Source of the DNA: Bacteroidota bacterium
GTDB lineage: Bacteria > Bacteroidota > Bacteroidia > NS11-12g > UBA9320
Length of the DNA: 64,000 nt
Assembly (NCBI GenBank): GCA_947468275.1
Contig: CANIKO010000003.1
Coordinates: forward strand, 157,193-221,192
Direction of reading: 5' to 3'
Part shown: one piece after another, positions 47,957 through 56,711 of the stretch
How the letters are laid out: each line of letters begins with the position of its first letter
How positions within the stretch are numbered: the stretch's first letter is position 1
Notes under the pieces: generated by a model
The model's input: only the letters and a program-made list of their open reading frames with translations
Told to the model about the DNA's origin: nothing
The model's database searches: none
Translations under genes and position numbers: made by a program

Positions 47957-50110
47957 ATGCGTTTTATTCATAAAGATATAATTTCAGGCCTTGCTGTGTT
48001 TTTGGTAGCCATGCCATTGTGCCTCGGTATAGCTTTGGCTTCGGGTGCCCCTATGGGTGCAGGGTTGTTGGGTGGTATTATCGGGGGTTTAATAATCGGT
48101 GCCATTAGTGGATCGGGCAACAGTGTTAGTGGTCCGGCTGCAGGTTTATCAGCCATTGTGCTTTCATCCATTACTGAAATAGGAGCATTTAATGCTTTTT
48201 TGGTTTCTATAATTATAGCCGGAGTGTTACAAATAATTTTAGCGCTGATAAAAGCCGGCGGTATCGCCAGTTTTTTCCCGTCTACCGTTATCAAAGGATT
48301 GTTAACGTCTATTGGTATTATTCTTATTTTTAAACAAATTCCGCATGCTTTAGGATATGATTTAGATACGGAAGGAGATTTTAGTTTCTCACAATCATCA
48401 GACAAGGAAAATACTTTTTCAGGACTTCTTGAGGGATTGGAACATATACAAATGGGGGCTATGATTATTGCTGCTGTATCACTAGTTATAATGATTTATT
48501 GGGGTAAACTAATTCCCAAAAAAGTTTCAGATGTTATTCCTGCATCGTTGGTTGCAGTGGCCATTGGAATCCTTTTGAATGAATTGTTTCTAAACCAATT
48601 TTCACAATTTTACATTGAAAATAACCATTTGGTAAAATTGCCTGAAGGTATTTCGTTGCGCAATGCCGATAAACTATTCACTTCTCCTGATTATTCAGCC
48701 ATTAGTAATCCTCTCGTTTGGAAAACAGGATTAACTCTTGCTATTGTTGCTTCCCTCGAAACCTTACTTAATATTGAAGCCACCGATAAGATTGATCCTG
48801 AAGGAAGAACAACTCCTACCAATCGCGAATTATTAGCACAAGGCGTTGGTAATATTTTTTCGGGTGTTTTGGGCGGACTGCCGCTAACATCAGTAATTGT
48901 GAGAAGCAGCGTAAATATAAGTTCAGGAGCTAAAACCAAATTATCAGCTATTTTTCATGGTGCCTTTCTTTTTCTTTTTATTCTGTTGTTTCCTCAAATA
49001 TTAACCAAGATACCGCTTTCAGCTTTGGCAGCTATTTTGATTGTATCAGGTTTTAAACTAGTTTCCATTAAGGACTTTAAAGTCTTTTATAACAAAGGTT
49101 TGGATCAATTCATTGCCTTTACTGTTACCGTTTTAGCTATCGTATTTACCGATTTATTATTTGGGGTAATCATAGGTTTGGTTGTTGCTGTATTTTTTAT
49201 TTTACGAAGTAATTTTAAAAATCCATTTTCTTTTGTAAGGGAAGAATATCAAAACCGAAAAATATTGAAACTCGAGCTTTCACAGCAGGTTTCATTCTTT
49301 CATAAAGCAGCACTTGAATATACAATTAGCAAGGTCAAAGAAAATTCACATATATTGATTGATGGCACCCGAACTGATTTTTTGGATACAGATATTAAAG
49401 AAAAACTACAATCCTATCGCGAGTTTGGAGTTCCTGAAAAACATGTCAATTTTAGCTTTACAGGGTTTCATAAAAAACACCATATTAAAGATGCTATTAA
49501 TTTCCCCTATGTGCTAACTAAGGAATTACTTGAAAAATTAACTCCTGATGATGTAATTGAAATATTGAAAAAAGGAAATTCTCGATTTGTGAATGGCAAA
49601 AGTCAGAAGAAGGATTTATTGCGACAAGTGCGAGAATCTTCTACAGCTCAATTTCCCATGTCGGTTATACTAGCTTGTATTGATTCACGTTCTGCCACCG
49701 AACTGATTTTTGATCAGGGTTTTGGAGATATTGTGAGCATTCGAATTGCAGGTAATGTCGTAAATGAAGATATATTGGGAAGCATTGAGTTTGCTTGTCA
49801 CGTGCTTGGAGCTAAATTGATAATGGTATTAGGTCATTCACATTGTGGTGCTGTAAAAGCAGCGCTAGGTGCCAATCCCCCTGGTAATATTGGCCCCCTC
49901 GTTGATAAAATTAAAAAGTCAATTGAGGTGTGTGAACATCATGAATCCAAAGATGAAAAAGTGCAGGCTTTGGCAACCCAAAATATTTATAATTCTATAC
50001 AAGAAATAAAACGCGACAGCAATTTGAACGACCTATTAGTCAATGGGGAAATAAAAATAATAGGCGCACTGTATGACATTGAAACAGGAGTTGTTGATTT
50101 TTTAACATAA
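47957..50110 (+). CDS. SulP-family anion transporter fused to a C-terminal beta-class carbonic anhydrase.
   Basis: SulP TM core ('GLAVFLVAMPLCLGIALASG'). STAS-like middle. Beta-CA motifs 'CIDSRS' and 'GHSHCGAV'. Confidence 0.85.
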   Translation: MRFIHKDIISGLAVFLVAMPLCLGIALASGAPMGAGLLGGIIGGLIIGAISGSGNSVSGPAAGLSAIVLSSITEIGAFNAFLVSIIIAGVLQIILALIKAGGIASFFPSTVIKGLLTSIGIILIFKQIPHALGYDLDTEGDFSFSQSSDKENTFSGLLEGLEHIQMGAMIIAAVSLVIMIYWGKLIPKKVSDVIPASLVAVAIGILLNELFLNQFSQFYIENNHLVKLPEGISLRNADKLFTSPDYSAISNPLVWKTGLTLAIVASLETLLNIEATDKIDPEGRTTPTNRELLAQGVGNIFSGVLGGLPLTSVIVRSSVNISSGAKTKLSAIFHGAFLFLFILLFPQILTKIPLSALAAILIVSGFKLVSIKDFKVFYNKGLDQFIAFTVTVLAIVFTDLLFGVIIGLVVAVFFILRSNFKNPFSFVREEYQNRKILKLELSQQVSFFHKAALEYTISKVKENSHILIDGTRTDFLDTDIKEKLQSYREFGVPEKHVNFSFTGFHKKHHIKDAINFPYVLTKELLEKLTPDDVIEILKKGNSRFVNGKSQKKDLLRQVRESSTAQFPMSVILACIDSRSATELIFDQGFGDIVSIRIAGNVVNEDILGSIEFACHVLGAKLIMVLGHSHCGAVKAALGANPPGNIGPLVDKIKKSIEVCEHHESKDEKVQALATQNIYNSIQEIKRDSNLNDLLVNGEIKIIGALYDIETGVVDFLT

Positions 50111-50127
50111 AAATATTAAAGCTTTGT

Positions 50128-50877
50128 TCAAAGACTATTATTGAGCAAGTCGAGTTTTAATAATTCTTGGTATTCGTTGCTTCTTTTATATTTCGTTAAG
50201 GTTTCGGTATGCCGTATTTTATGAATATCAGATCCTATCAAATCAATTAATTTCTTTTTTAAGAGGTACTGCGCTGCACTTTTAATCTGTGGGGAATAAT
50301 AGCCGGTAAACGATAATAAATTACACTGAAATAAAACTCCCGAATCATGGAGGGTATGAAACGATTGATAATCATGAATTAAGTAATTGTAGCGTTCGGG
50401 GTGGGCTAATATTACTTTATAGCCTGAGGTTTGAAGCTCAAAAATTATTTGTTCCAAAAAGTGTGGACGTTCCATATAATTAGTTTCTACCAAAATGTAA
50501 TTTCCTGGCATAGTTAGCAATTCCATAGATTGATAATTGTTGCAAAACCACTCATCGAGATAGTATTCAGCGGTAGCTTCTATTTCTATATTAATATTAT
50601 TTTCAATTAAAGCATTTTTTAGCAATTCTAATTTTTCACGAATGATGTCTGGATTATTAGGATAAAGTTCGTTGAAAATATGCGGAGTGGTAATGAGTCG
50701 TTTTACACCTTGATATTGAAGTTCACGGATATTTTCAAGCGAATTTTCAATGGTTTTGCAACCATCATCAATGCCTGGTAATAAGTGTGAATGAAAGTCG
50801 ACCCAAATGGAACGGTCGGGTTCGGCAGCAAATTTTGGTTTGCTCCTAAAAAAGTTAAACAACCGCAGATTCATCAA
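50128..50877 (-). CDS. PHP-family (CpsB/YwqE-like) manganese-dependent protein-tyrosine phosphatase.
   Basis: 'VDFHSHLLPGIDDG', 'TPH', 'LAHPERY'. Confidence 0.75.
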   Translation of the reverse strand: MMNLRLFNFFRSKPKFAAEPDRSIWVDFHSHLLPGIDDGCKTIENSLENIRELQYQGVKRLITTPHIFNELYPNNPDIIREKLELLKNALIENNINIEIEATAEYYLDEWFCNNYQSMELLTMPGNYILVETNYMERPHFLEQIIFELQTSGYKVILAHPERYNYLIHDYQSFHTLHDSGVLFQCNLLSFTGYYSPQIKSAAQYLLKKKLIDLIGSDIHKIRHTETLTKYKRSNEYQELLKLDLLNNSL

Positions 50878-50910
50878 CGGTTTGAATTAGAAATAAAATT
50901 AATAATCTCA

Positions 50911-51951
50911 CTATTCTTCCTCCTCGGTTTCATCGATTAATTCAAAATCGGCCAAATACTCCTTCAAATCCATGATGTTTTTTATTTTCATTGGGTCAAA
51001 ACCATGTTCGTCTCCTAAAAATAATGAAACCCAATCCAATCGATACGTAATATCAAAAATACTAAAGATTGAATATTCTGGAATTAGCATGTTCAAAACC
51101 TTATTATTTTCTAATTCAAGGTGAGATGTAATAAAATCAAACCTAGCAGTAACCCTTGGATTATTATCACAATAAATAAATACAAAATTAGTATTCAACC
51201 TTCCATAGTAGGATTCAATTACGTTGTGATTAGCCTCTGGCAATATGTTTACAAAGGCTTCAAGTTTTGCATTTTCATTAAGTTGCTGGCAAAAACGAGT
51301 GGCTACTGGTGCAAAATATTTATCAGCTACCACTACAAATTTGTGTTTAATTGACGCTTTGAAAAATTGAAATATATTTTGTGCAGAGTCTACCTGATAA
51401 TCGTGCAGTTCTTTAAATTTTTCAATGACTTCTTCTAGTTCAGGTCGGGTGTCGATTGCCGCTAATTCGCCCAAAATTAAAAATAAGAGTGAAAGCCCGT
51501 ATCCAATAGTCATGCGGGGTTGAAACCCTTCTTCCAATTGGTAAAAAGTTGAGTTATTTTCTTTGGCTAATTCAGCTAATTGTCCGCCAGAGGCGATACA
51601 TAGCATTGTGCATCCCTTATCTTTGGCTTCGCCAAAAAGACTTAATGTTTCTTCCGTGTTGCCTGAGTAGGAATTTAAAATTACTAAGGTTTTAACGTTG
51701 CAATAGGCCGGTAAATTATAATCAGCAATAGTTTCTAAAGGAATCGGCATCTTATCAAAAAACCAAGCTTTTGTGATTTGCGCACCTATTCCGCTGCCGC
51801 CAAGTCCACCTATCACTATGTTTGAGAAATTATTGGCATTAAGGGAATGATTATAATATGTGTTTAAAACAAATTTAATTTGTGAAGTAAAATCGTTTAA
51901 TGAAGAATGATGTGTAATCATGTCGATGTTTAAGAGTAATTTTGCTTGCAA
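50911..51951 (-). CDS. SIS-domain sugar-phosphate isomerase, possibly a bifunctional PGI/PMI type.
   Basis: 'IVIGGLGGSGIGA' and 'CIASGGQL' SIS-like motifs. ~340 aa. Confidence 0.45.
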   Translation of the reverse strand: MQAKLLLNIDMITHHSSLNDFTSQIKFVLNTYYNHSLNANNFSNIVIGGLGGSGIGAQITKAWFFDKMPIPLETIADYNLPAYCNVKTLVILNSYSGNTEETLSLFGEAKDKGCTMLCIASGGQLAELAKENNSTFYQLEEGFQPRMTIGYGLSLLFLILGELAAIDTRPELEEVIEKFKELHDYQVDSAQNIFQFFKASIKHKFVVVADKYFAPVATRFCQQLNENAKLEAFVNILPEANHNVIESYYGRLNTNFVFIYCDNNPRVTARFDFITSHLELENNKVLNMLIPEYSIFSIFDITYRLDWVSLFLGDEHGFDPMKIKNIMDLKEYLADFELIDETEEEE

Positions 51952-53037
51952 AAATACAATTTTTCTGTGCTTATAACTCCTATAGACTATACAAACGAAG
52001 ACACCGATTCGGATGAATCCATAACACCTGAAGTTTATTTACTACATCGTTTTGTGGTAGACAAGGGTCAGGAATTGTTAAGGATTGATAAATTTTTGAT
52101 GGACCGGATTGAAAATGTGACCCGGGTGAAAATTCAGGAGGCCATTGACTCTTTCAAAGTTTTGGTAAATGAAAAACCTACCAAATCCAGTTATAAAGTA
52201 AAGCCCGGTGATGAAATAGTAATCATAGCCTTTGAAGCCCCGCGTGATGTTGAAATAATTCCTGAAAATATTCCTTTAAATATTGTTTATGAAGATGAAC
52301 ATTTAGCGATTATTAACAAAAAACCCGGAATGGTAGCCCATCCTGGTTATGGTAATTATTCAGGAACACTGGTAAATGCTTTGGCGTGGCATTTTCAAAA
52401 AGGAGCACCCGATGGCACTATTCGCCCTTGGTTGGTTCATCGTATTGATAAAGATACCAGCGGCTTATTGATAGTAGCCAAAACTGAAATGGCCATGAAT
52501 AAGTTGGCTATACAGTTTAGAGAACACACCATTGATCGAGTTTATAATGCCATCGTTTGGGGCGTTTTTAAAGCCACAGAAGGCACTATAATAGGTAACA
52601 TAGCTCGAAGTGAAAGAGACCGAAAAATTTTTAAAGTGTATGACGATCCTGAAATAGGAAAATATGCGGTAACGCATTATAAAGTTTTGCAACATCTTAC
52701 CTATGTGTCATTAGTGGAATGTAAATTGGAAACAGGAAGAACCCATCAAATAAGGGTTCACCTGAAACATATCGGACATACACTATTTAATGATACGCAT
52801 TATGGTGGTAATAAAATCTTGAAAGGTGTGGTGTTTAGTAAATACAAACAGTTTGTAGAAAATTGTTTTTCACAAATGCCTCGTCAGGCATTGCATGCCA
52901 AAACCCTTGGATTTGAACATCCTGCAACCGGTGAACGCATGTTTTTTGAATCTGAATTGCCATCGGATTTTAAATCCGTACTTGAAAAATGGCAGAAAGT
53001 GAATGAGACGTATGACTTGGGAGAGGAATTGAAATAA
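51946..53037 (+). CDS. rluD: RluA/RluD-family 23S rRNA pseudouridine synthase (S4 domain plus catalytic domain).
   Basis: S4 'LRIDKFLMDRIENVTRVKIQEAI'. Catalytic 'VHRIDKDTSGLLIVAK'. The N-terminus and start (apparent TTG) are uncertain. Confidence 0.75.
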   Translation: MQKYNFSVLITPIDYTNEDTDSDESITPEVYLLHRFVVDKGQELLRIDKFLMDRIENVTRVKIQEAIDSFKVLVNEKPTKSSYKVKPGDEIVIIAFEAPRDVEIIPENIPLNIVYEDEHLAIINKKPGMVAHPGYGNYSGTLVNALAWHFQKGAPDGTIRPWLVHRIDKDTSGLLIVAKTEMAMNKLAIQFREHTIDRVYNAIVWGVFKATEGTIIGNIARSERDRKIFKVYDDPEIGKYAVTHYKVLQHLTYVSLVECKLETGRTHQIRVHLKHIGHTLFNDTHYGGNKILKGVVFSKYKQFVENCFSQMPRQALHAKTLGFEHPATGERMFFESELPSDFKSVLEKWQKVNETYDLGEELK

Positions 53038-53055
53038 ATAGTTAAAAAATTTATA

Positions 53056-53547
53056 ATGAAACTTTCAATAATAGCCGCCATAGGCAAAAACAATGAACTG
53101 GGAGGAAACAATGGCCTGCTTTGGCACTTAAGCGATGATTTAAAATTATTTAAACAACTCACGTTGGGTCATTGTATAATTATGGGTCGCAAAACCTTTG
53201 ACTCCATCGGTAAGGCATTGCCAGGAAGAATTAACATTGTAGTGACCACCAGCCGAATCGAAATAGAAGGAATTTCATTGGCCGTTGATTTGAATCATGC
53301 GGTAGAAATGGCCAGAGAATCGGGAGACGATGAAGCTTTTATAATTGGTGGAGGACAAATTTATGGCTATGCCATCGACCTTGCTGATAAATTATACATT
53401 ACTCATGTAGATGCTGAATTTCCGGAAGCAGATATTTTTTTACCACCTATTAATTATGAGGATTGGGAATTAATAGAATCAAAATCATTTGAAAAAAGCG
53501 AAAAAAATGAATTTGATTTTGAATACAAAGCATACTTGAGAAAATAG
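53056..53547 (+). CDS. folA: Dihydrofolate reductase.
   Basis: 'SIIAAIGKNNELG', 'LIMGRKTFDSIG', 'FIIGGGQIY'. Confidence 0.9.
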   Translation: MKLSIIAAIGKNNELGGNNGLLWHLSDDLKLFKQLTLGHCIIMGRKTFDSIGKALPGRINIVVTTSRIEIEGISLAVDLNHAVEMARESGDDEAFIIGGGQIYGYAIDLADKLYITHVDAEFPEADIFLPPINYEDWELIESKSFEKSEKNEFDFEYKAYLRK

Positions 53548-53571
53548 AAAATATTATTTTTAGCCCTATAA

Positions 53572-53600
53572 AAAGTCGAATATGAGTTCGGCTTTTTTTA
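53572..53600 (+). terminator. Rho-independent terminator after folA.
   Basis: 'aaagtcgaa-tatgag-ttcggcttt' plus 'ttttta'. Confidence 0.5.
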
Positions 53601-53690
53601 TGAAATTTTATTTCAATGGAGTTTACTAATGGCATGACGTTAATCATATTTTAAGACTCAATTAAAAAATAATTTTGCTCAAATTGAATT

Positions 53691-55709
53691 ATGGCATATT
53701 ATTTTAAAAACAGAGAGATTACAAAAATATCAGTTGTTGGAGCAGGTCAAATAGGGCCTGATATTGCATTGCATTTTGCCAAATCACTTTCATCTTTTGG
53801 CGTCAATGTAATTGTTGTAGATATATCGCCCGAAGCACTTTTAAAGGCCGAAGCAAAAGTTTATAAAAAAATTCAGAAAGGATTAGAAACAGGAGCTTTC
53901 AAACCTGAACAGGCTGAGAGAATAAAAAATGCAATACTTTTTTCTTCCGACTATGATAATGTTAAAGGTTCGCAAATTGTAATAGAAGCTGCTACTGAAG
54001 ATGAAAATATAAAGGACAAAATATTTCGTAACGTGGAGTTAATTACGGATGAGCAATGTATTTATTTGTCCAATTCATCACACATGCAGCCGGAAGTAAT
54101 ATTCCGAAATATTAAAAATAAATCTCGCTGTTTGGTGGCGCATTATTTTTTTCCTGCCGAAATAAATCCTGTGGTTGAATTAGTTCCTGGCAAAGAAACC
54201 AATAAGGGCCTAACTAATCTTATGCTTGAATTTTATGAGTCAATTGGAAAGGTTCCAATAAAAGTAAAAAGTTCATATGGCTATGCCATCGACCCGATTT
54301 TTGAAGGTATTTGCCAAATAGCAATAATGTGTTTAGAAAAAGGTTGGGGCAATGAAAAGGAAATAGATGCAGCAGCAGTAAAGGCACTGGGTTTAGGTAT
54401 AGGTCCATTTACAGCATTGAATTTAACCGGAGGTAATCCCATTACAGCGCATGGTTTGGATGAAATGGGTAAATTAGTGATGCCGTGGTTTAAAACGCCT
54501 GAAACATTAAGAAATAAAGCGCAAAATAAAGAGGCATGGAATACTGCTCAGCGCGGCGAAATAGTAAAGCTCACATCTGAAAATGAATTAAGGCTTGTTA
54601 GTGAATTTCAAGGTGGTTTTTTTGCGTTGGCCTCATATATTTTGGATATTGGAATAGTAGATATTAATGATTTAAATATGGCTTGCGAAATGTCATTGGT
54701 TATAAAAACGCCTTTTGCCTTCATGAATAAAATCGGAATAACTAAGTCTTATGATCTTGTAAAAGATTTTTGTAGCAATCATTCGCAATTTCCATTTCCA
54801 AAGGTTTTGGAAAATGCAAAAAATAACGGAGGCTGGAAACTAAAGGATTTAGTAATTACCCAGCACGATGAGGTTTTGGTGATAACTATTCGTCGCCCCA
54901 AAGTGCTTAATGCATTAAATCTTGAGGTGCTTGAGCAAATTAAAAGTGATTTGGAAATTGCCATCAAGGATTTTACAATCAAAGGCATTGTGATAACAGG
55001 ATTTGGAACTAAAGCCTTTGTATCAGGAGCCGATTTAAATATGCTTGCTTCATTAAAAACACCAGAAGAAGGGTATGATAATTCACATACTTTCCAAATG
55101 GTATTAAACTACATTGACGAATATTCAAAACCTGTAGTTTGTGCCATGAATGGATTTGCATTTGGAGGTGGAAATGAATTGGCAATGGCTTGCAGTGCCC
55201 GTATATGCAAAAAAGGATTGCCTGTGTTGGTGTGTCAGCCTGAAGTTAATTTAGGTTTCATACCTGGCGGGGGAGGAACACAACGTTTGCCTCGTTTAGT
55301 TGGGGTAGAAAAAGCATCGGAAATACTGCGAACAGCAAGAAATATTTCCTCAAAAGAAGCTGCAGAGATAGGATTAGTCTATAAAGAAGTGGAAGGCGAT
55401 TTAATAGATGAAGCCGTAAAACTTATAATGCAAATAGCATCGGGGGAGGTAAAATTAAAAAGGGTTACAAAAGATCCGATTAGTAGTAATGGGCAACCTG
55501 CTGAAATTGAGATTGGTCATCTGAGTAAAAAAATTGATGCTATATTGGTCAAGGCAATTTATGATGGTTCACGATTGACATTGAAAGAGGGATTGGATTT
55601 GGAATCTAGAATGTTTGGTGAATGTTTGAAAACTGAGGATATGAAAATAGGATTGGAAAATTTTAAAACCAATGGGCCAAAGGCTAAAGCCAATTTTATT
55701 CATAAATAA
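53691..55709 (+). CDS. Fatty-acid oxidation fusion protein: N-terminal 3-hydroxyacyl-CoA dehydrogenase plus C-terminal enoyl-CoA hydratase (crotonase).
   Basis: '[18 protein letters not shown]' Rossmann. C-terminal crotonase 'FVSGADL...[14 protein letters not shown]'. Confidence 0.8.
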   Translation: MAYYFKNREITKISVVGAGQIGPDIALHFAKSLSSFGVNVIVVDISPEALLKAEAKVYKKIQKGLETGAFKPEQAERIKNAILFSSDYDNVKGSQIVIEAATEDENIKDKIFRNVELITDEQCIYLSNSSHMQPEVIFRNIKNKSRCLVAHYFFPAEINPVVELVPGKETNKGLTNLMLEFYESIGKVPIKVKSSYGYAIDPIFEGICQIAIMCLEKGWGNEKEIDAAAVKALGLGIGPFTALNLTGGNPITAHGLDEMGKLVMPWFKTPETLRNKAQNKEAWNTAQRGEIVKLTSENELRLVSEFQGGFFALASYILDIGIVDINDLNMACEMSLVIKTPFAFMNKIGITKSYDLVKDFCSNHSQFPFPKVLENAKNNGGWKLKDLVITQHDEVLVITIRRPKVLNALNLEVLEQIKSDLEIAIKDFTIKGIVITGFGTKAFVSGADLNMLASLKTPEEGYDNSHTFQMVLNYIDEYSKPVVCAMNGFAFGGGNELAMACSARICKKGLPVLVCQPEVNLGFIPGGGGTQRLPRLVGVEKASEILRTARNISSKEAAEIGLVYKEVEGDLIDEAVKLIMQIASGEVKLKRVTKDPISSNGQPAEIEIGHLSKKIDAILVKAIYDGSRLTLKEGLDLESRMFGECLKTEDMKIGLENFKTNGPKAKANFIHK

Positions 55710-55737
55710 AGGTTGTTAGATTAAAAAAAATAAATAA

Positions 55738-56610
55738 ATGAGACCATCAGATACCGTAGGTAATACTCCTCTTTTAAAAATAAGCGATAAACTGTATGCT
55801 AAATTTGAAGTATTTAACCCAACGGGAAGTATTAAAGATCGGCTTGCCGCTTATATAATAAATGATGCTGAAAAGAGAAATTTAATAAAAAAAGGAGATA
55901 CAATAATCGAAGCCACTAGCGGAAACACTGGAATTGCCTTGTCATTTGTAGGAGCCGAAAGAGGATATAAAGTGAAAATCGTAATGCCACGCAATATGAG
56001 TGAAGAAAGGCGACAAATGATGCGATTGTTTGGTGCTGAAATTATTGATGTGGAAGATGGTGATTTTGATAGAGCTATTGAATTAAGAGATGAATTGGCC
56101 GAAAAAAATGGTTGGTTTAATTCTAATCAGTTTTTTAATCCCTTGAATATAGAATGTCATGAAAAAACTACTGGAGTTGAAATTTCAGAACAAACAAAAA
56201 ATATCGGAAAAATATCTGCATTGGTTCTGGGAACAGGTACTGGAGGGACATTAATGGGGATCCGAAGGGCATTAATAAATGAATATCCTGAGCTAAAAGT
56301 AATTGCCTGTGAACCTGCTGAGTCGCCTGTAATGAGTGGAGGAGAGCACGGGGTGCATGGTATTCAAGGAATAGGAGATGGTAGCCGGTTTCTAGTCGAT
56401 TTGAAAATATTAGATGAGGTTTTACTTGTAAAAACCGAAGAGGCAAAGGAAAGAGCAAGACAATTGATAAAAGAAAATGGAGTTTTTGTTGGATTCAGTT
56501 CAGGTGCCAATGTTTTGGCGGCAGAAAGATGGATTCAGAAAAATAATCCCGATGGAATAGTTGTGACCATACTTTGTGATAGGGCCGAGAGGTATTTAAG
56601 TCTTTTTTAA
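55738..56610 (+). CDS. cysK: Cysteine synthase (PLP-dependent, CysK/CysM family).
   Basis: 'GNTPLLKI', 'NPTGSIKDR', 'SGNTGIALS', 'GTGGT'. Confidence 0.85.
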   Translation: MRPSDTVGNTPLLKISDKLYAKFEVFNPTGSIKDRLAAYIINDAEKRNLIKKGDTIIEATSGNTGIALSFVGAERGYKVKIVMPRNMSEERRQMMRLFGAEIIDVEDGDFDRAIELRDELAEKNGWFNSNQFFNPLNIECHEKTTGVEISEQTKNIGKISALVLGTGTGGTLMGIRRALINEYPELKVIACEPAESPVMSGGEHGVHGIQGIGDGSRFLVDLKILDEVLLVKTEEAKERARQLIKENGVFVGFSSGANVLAAERWIQKNNPDGIVVTILCDRAERYLSLF

Positions 56611-56711
56611 GCTTTATTTTTTTTAAAAAATAAAATTATAAGTACTTGATTCATAGGTGGTATTCAAAATACTGATTTTTAAACTTAAAATAACCTAAAC
56701 TAATAAATCTT

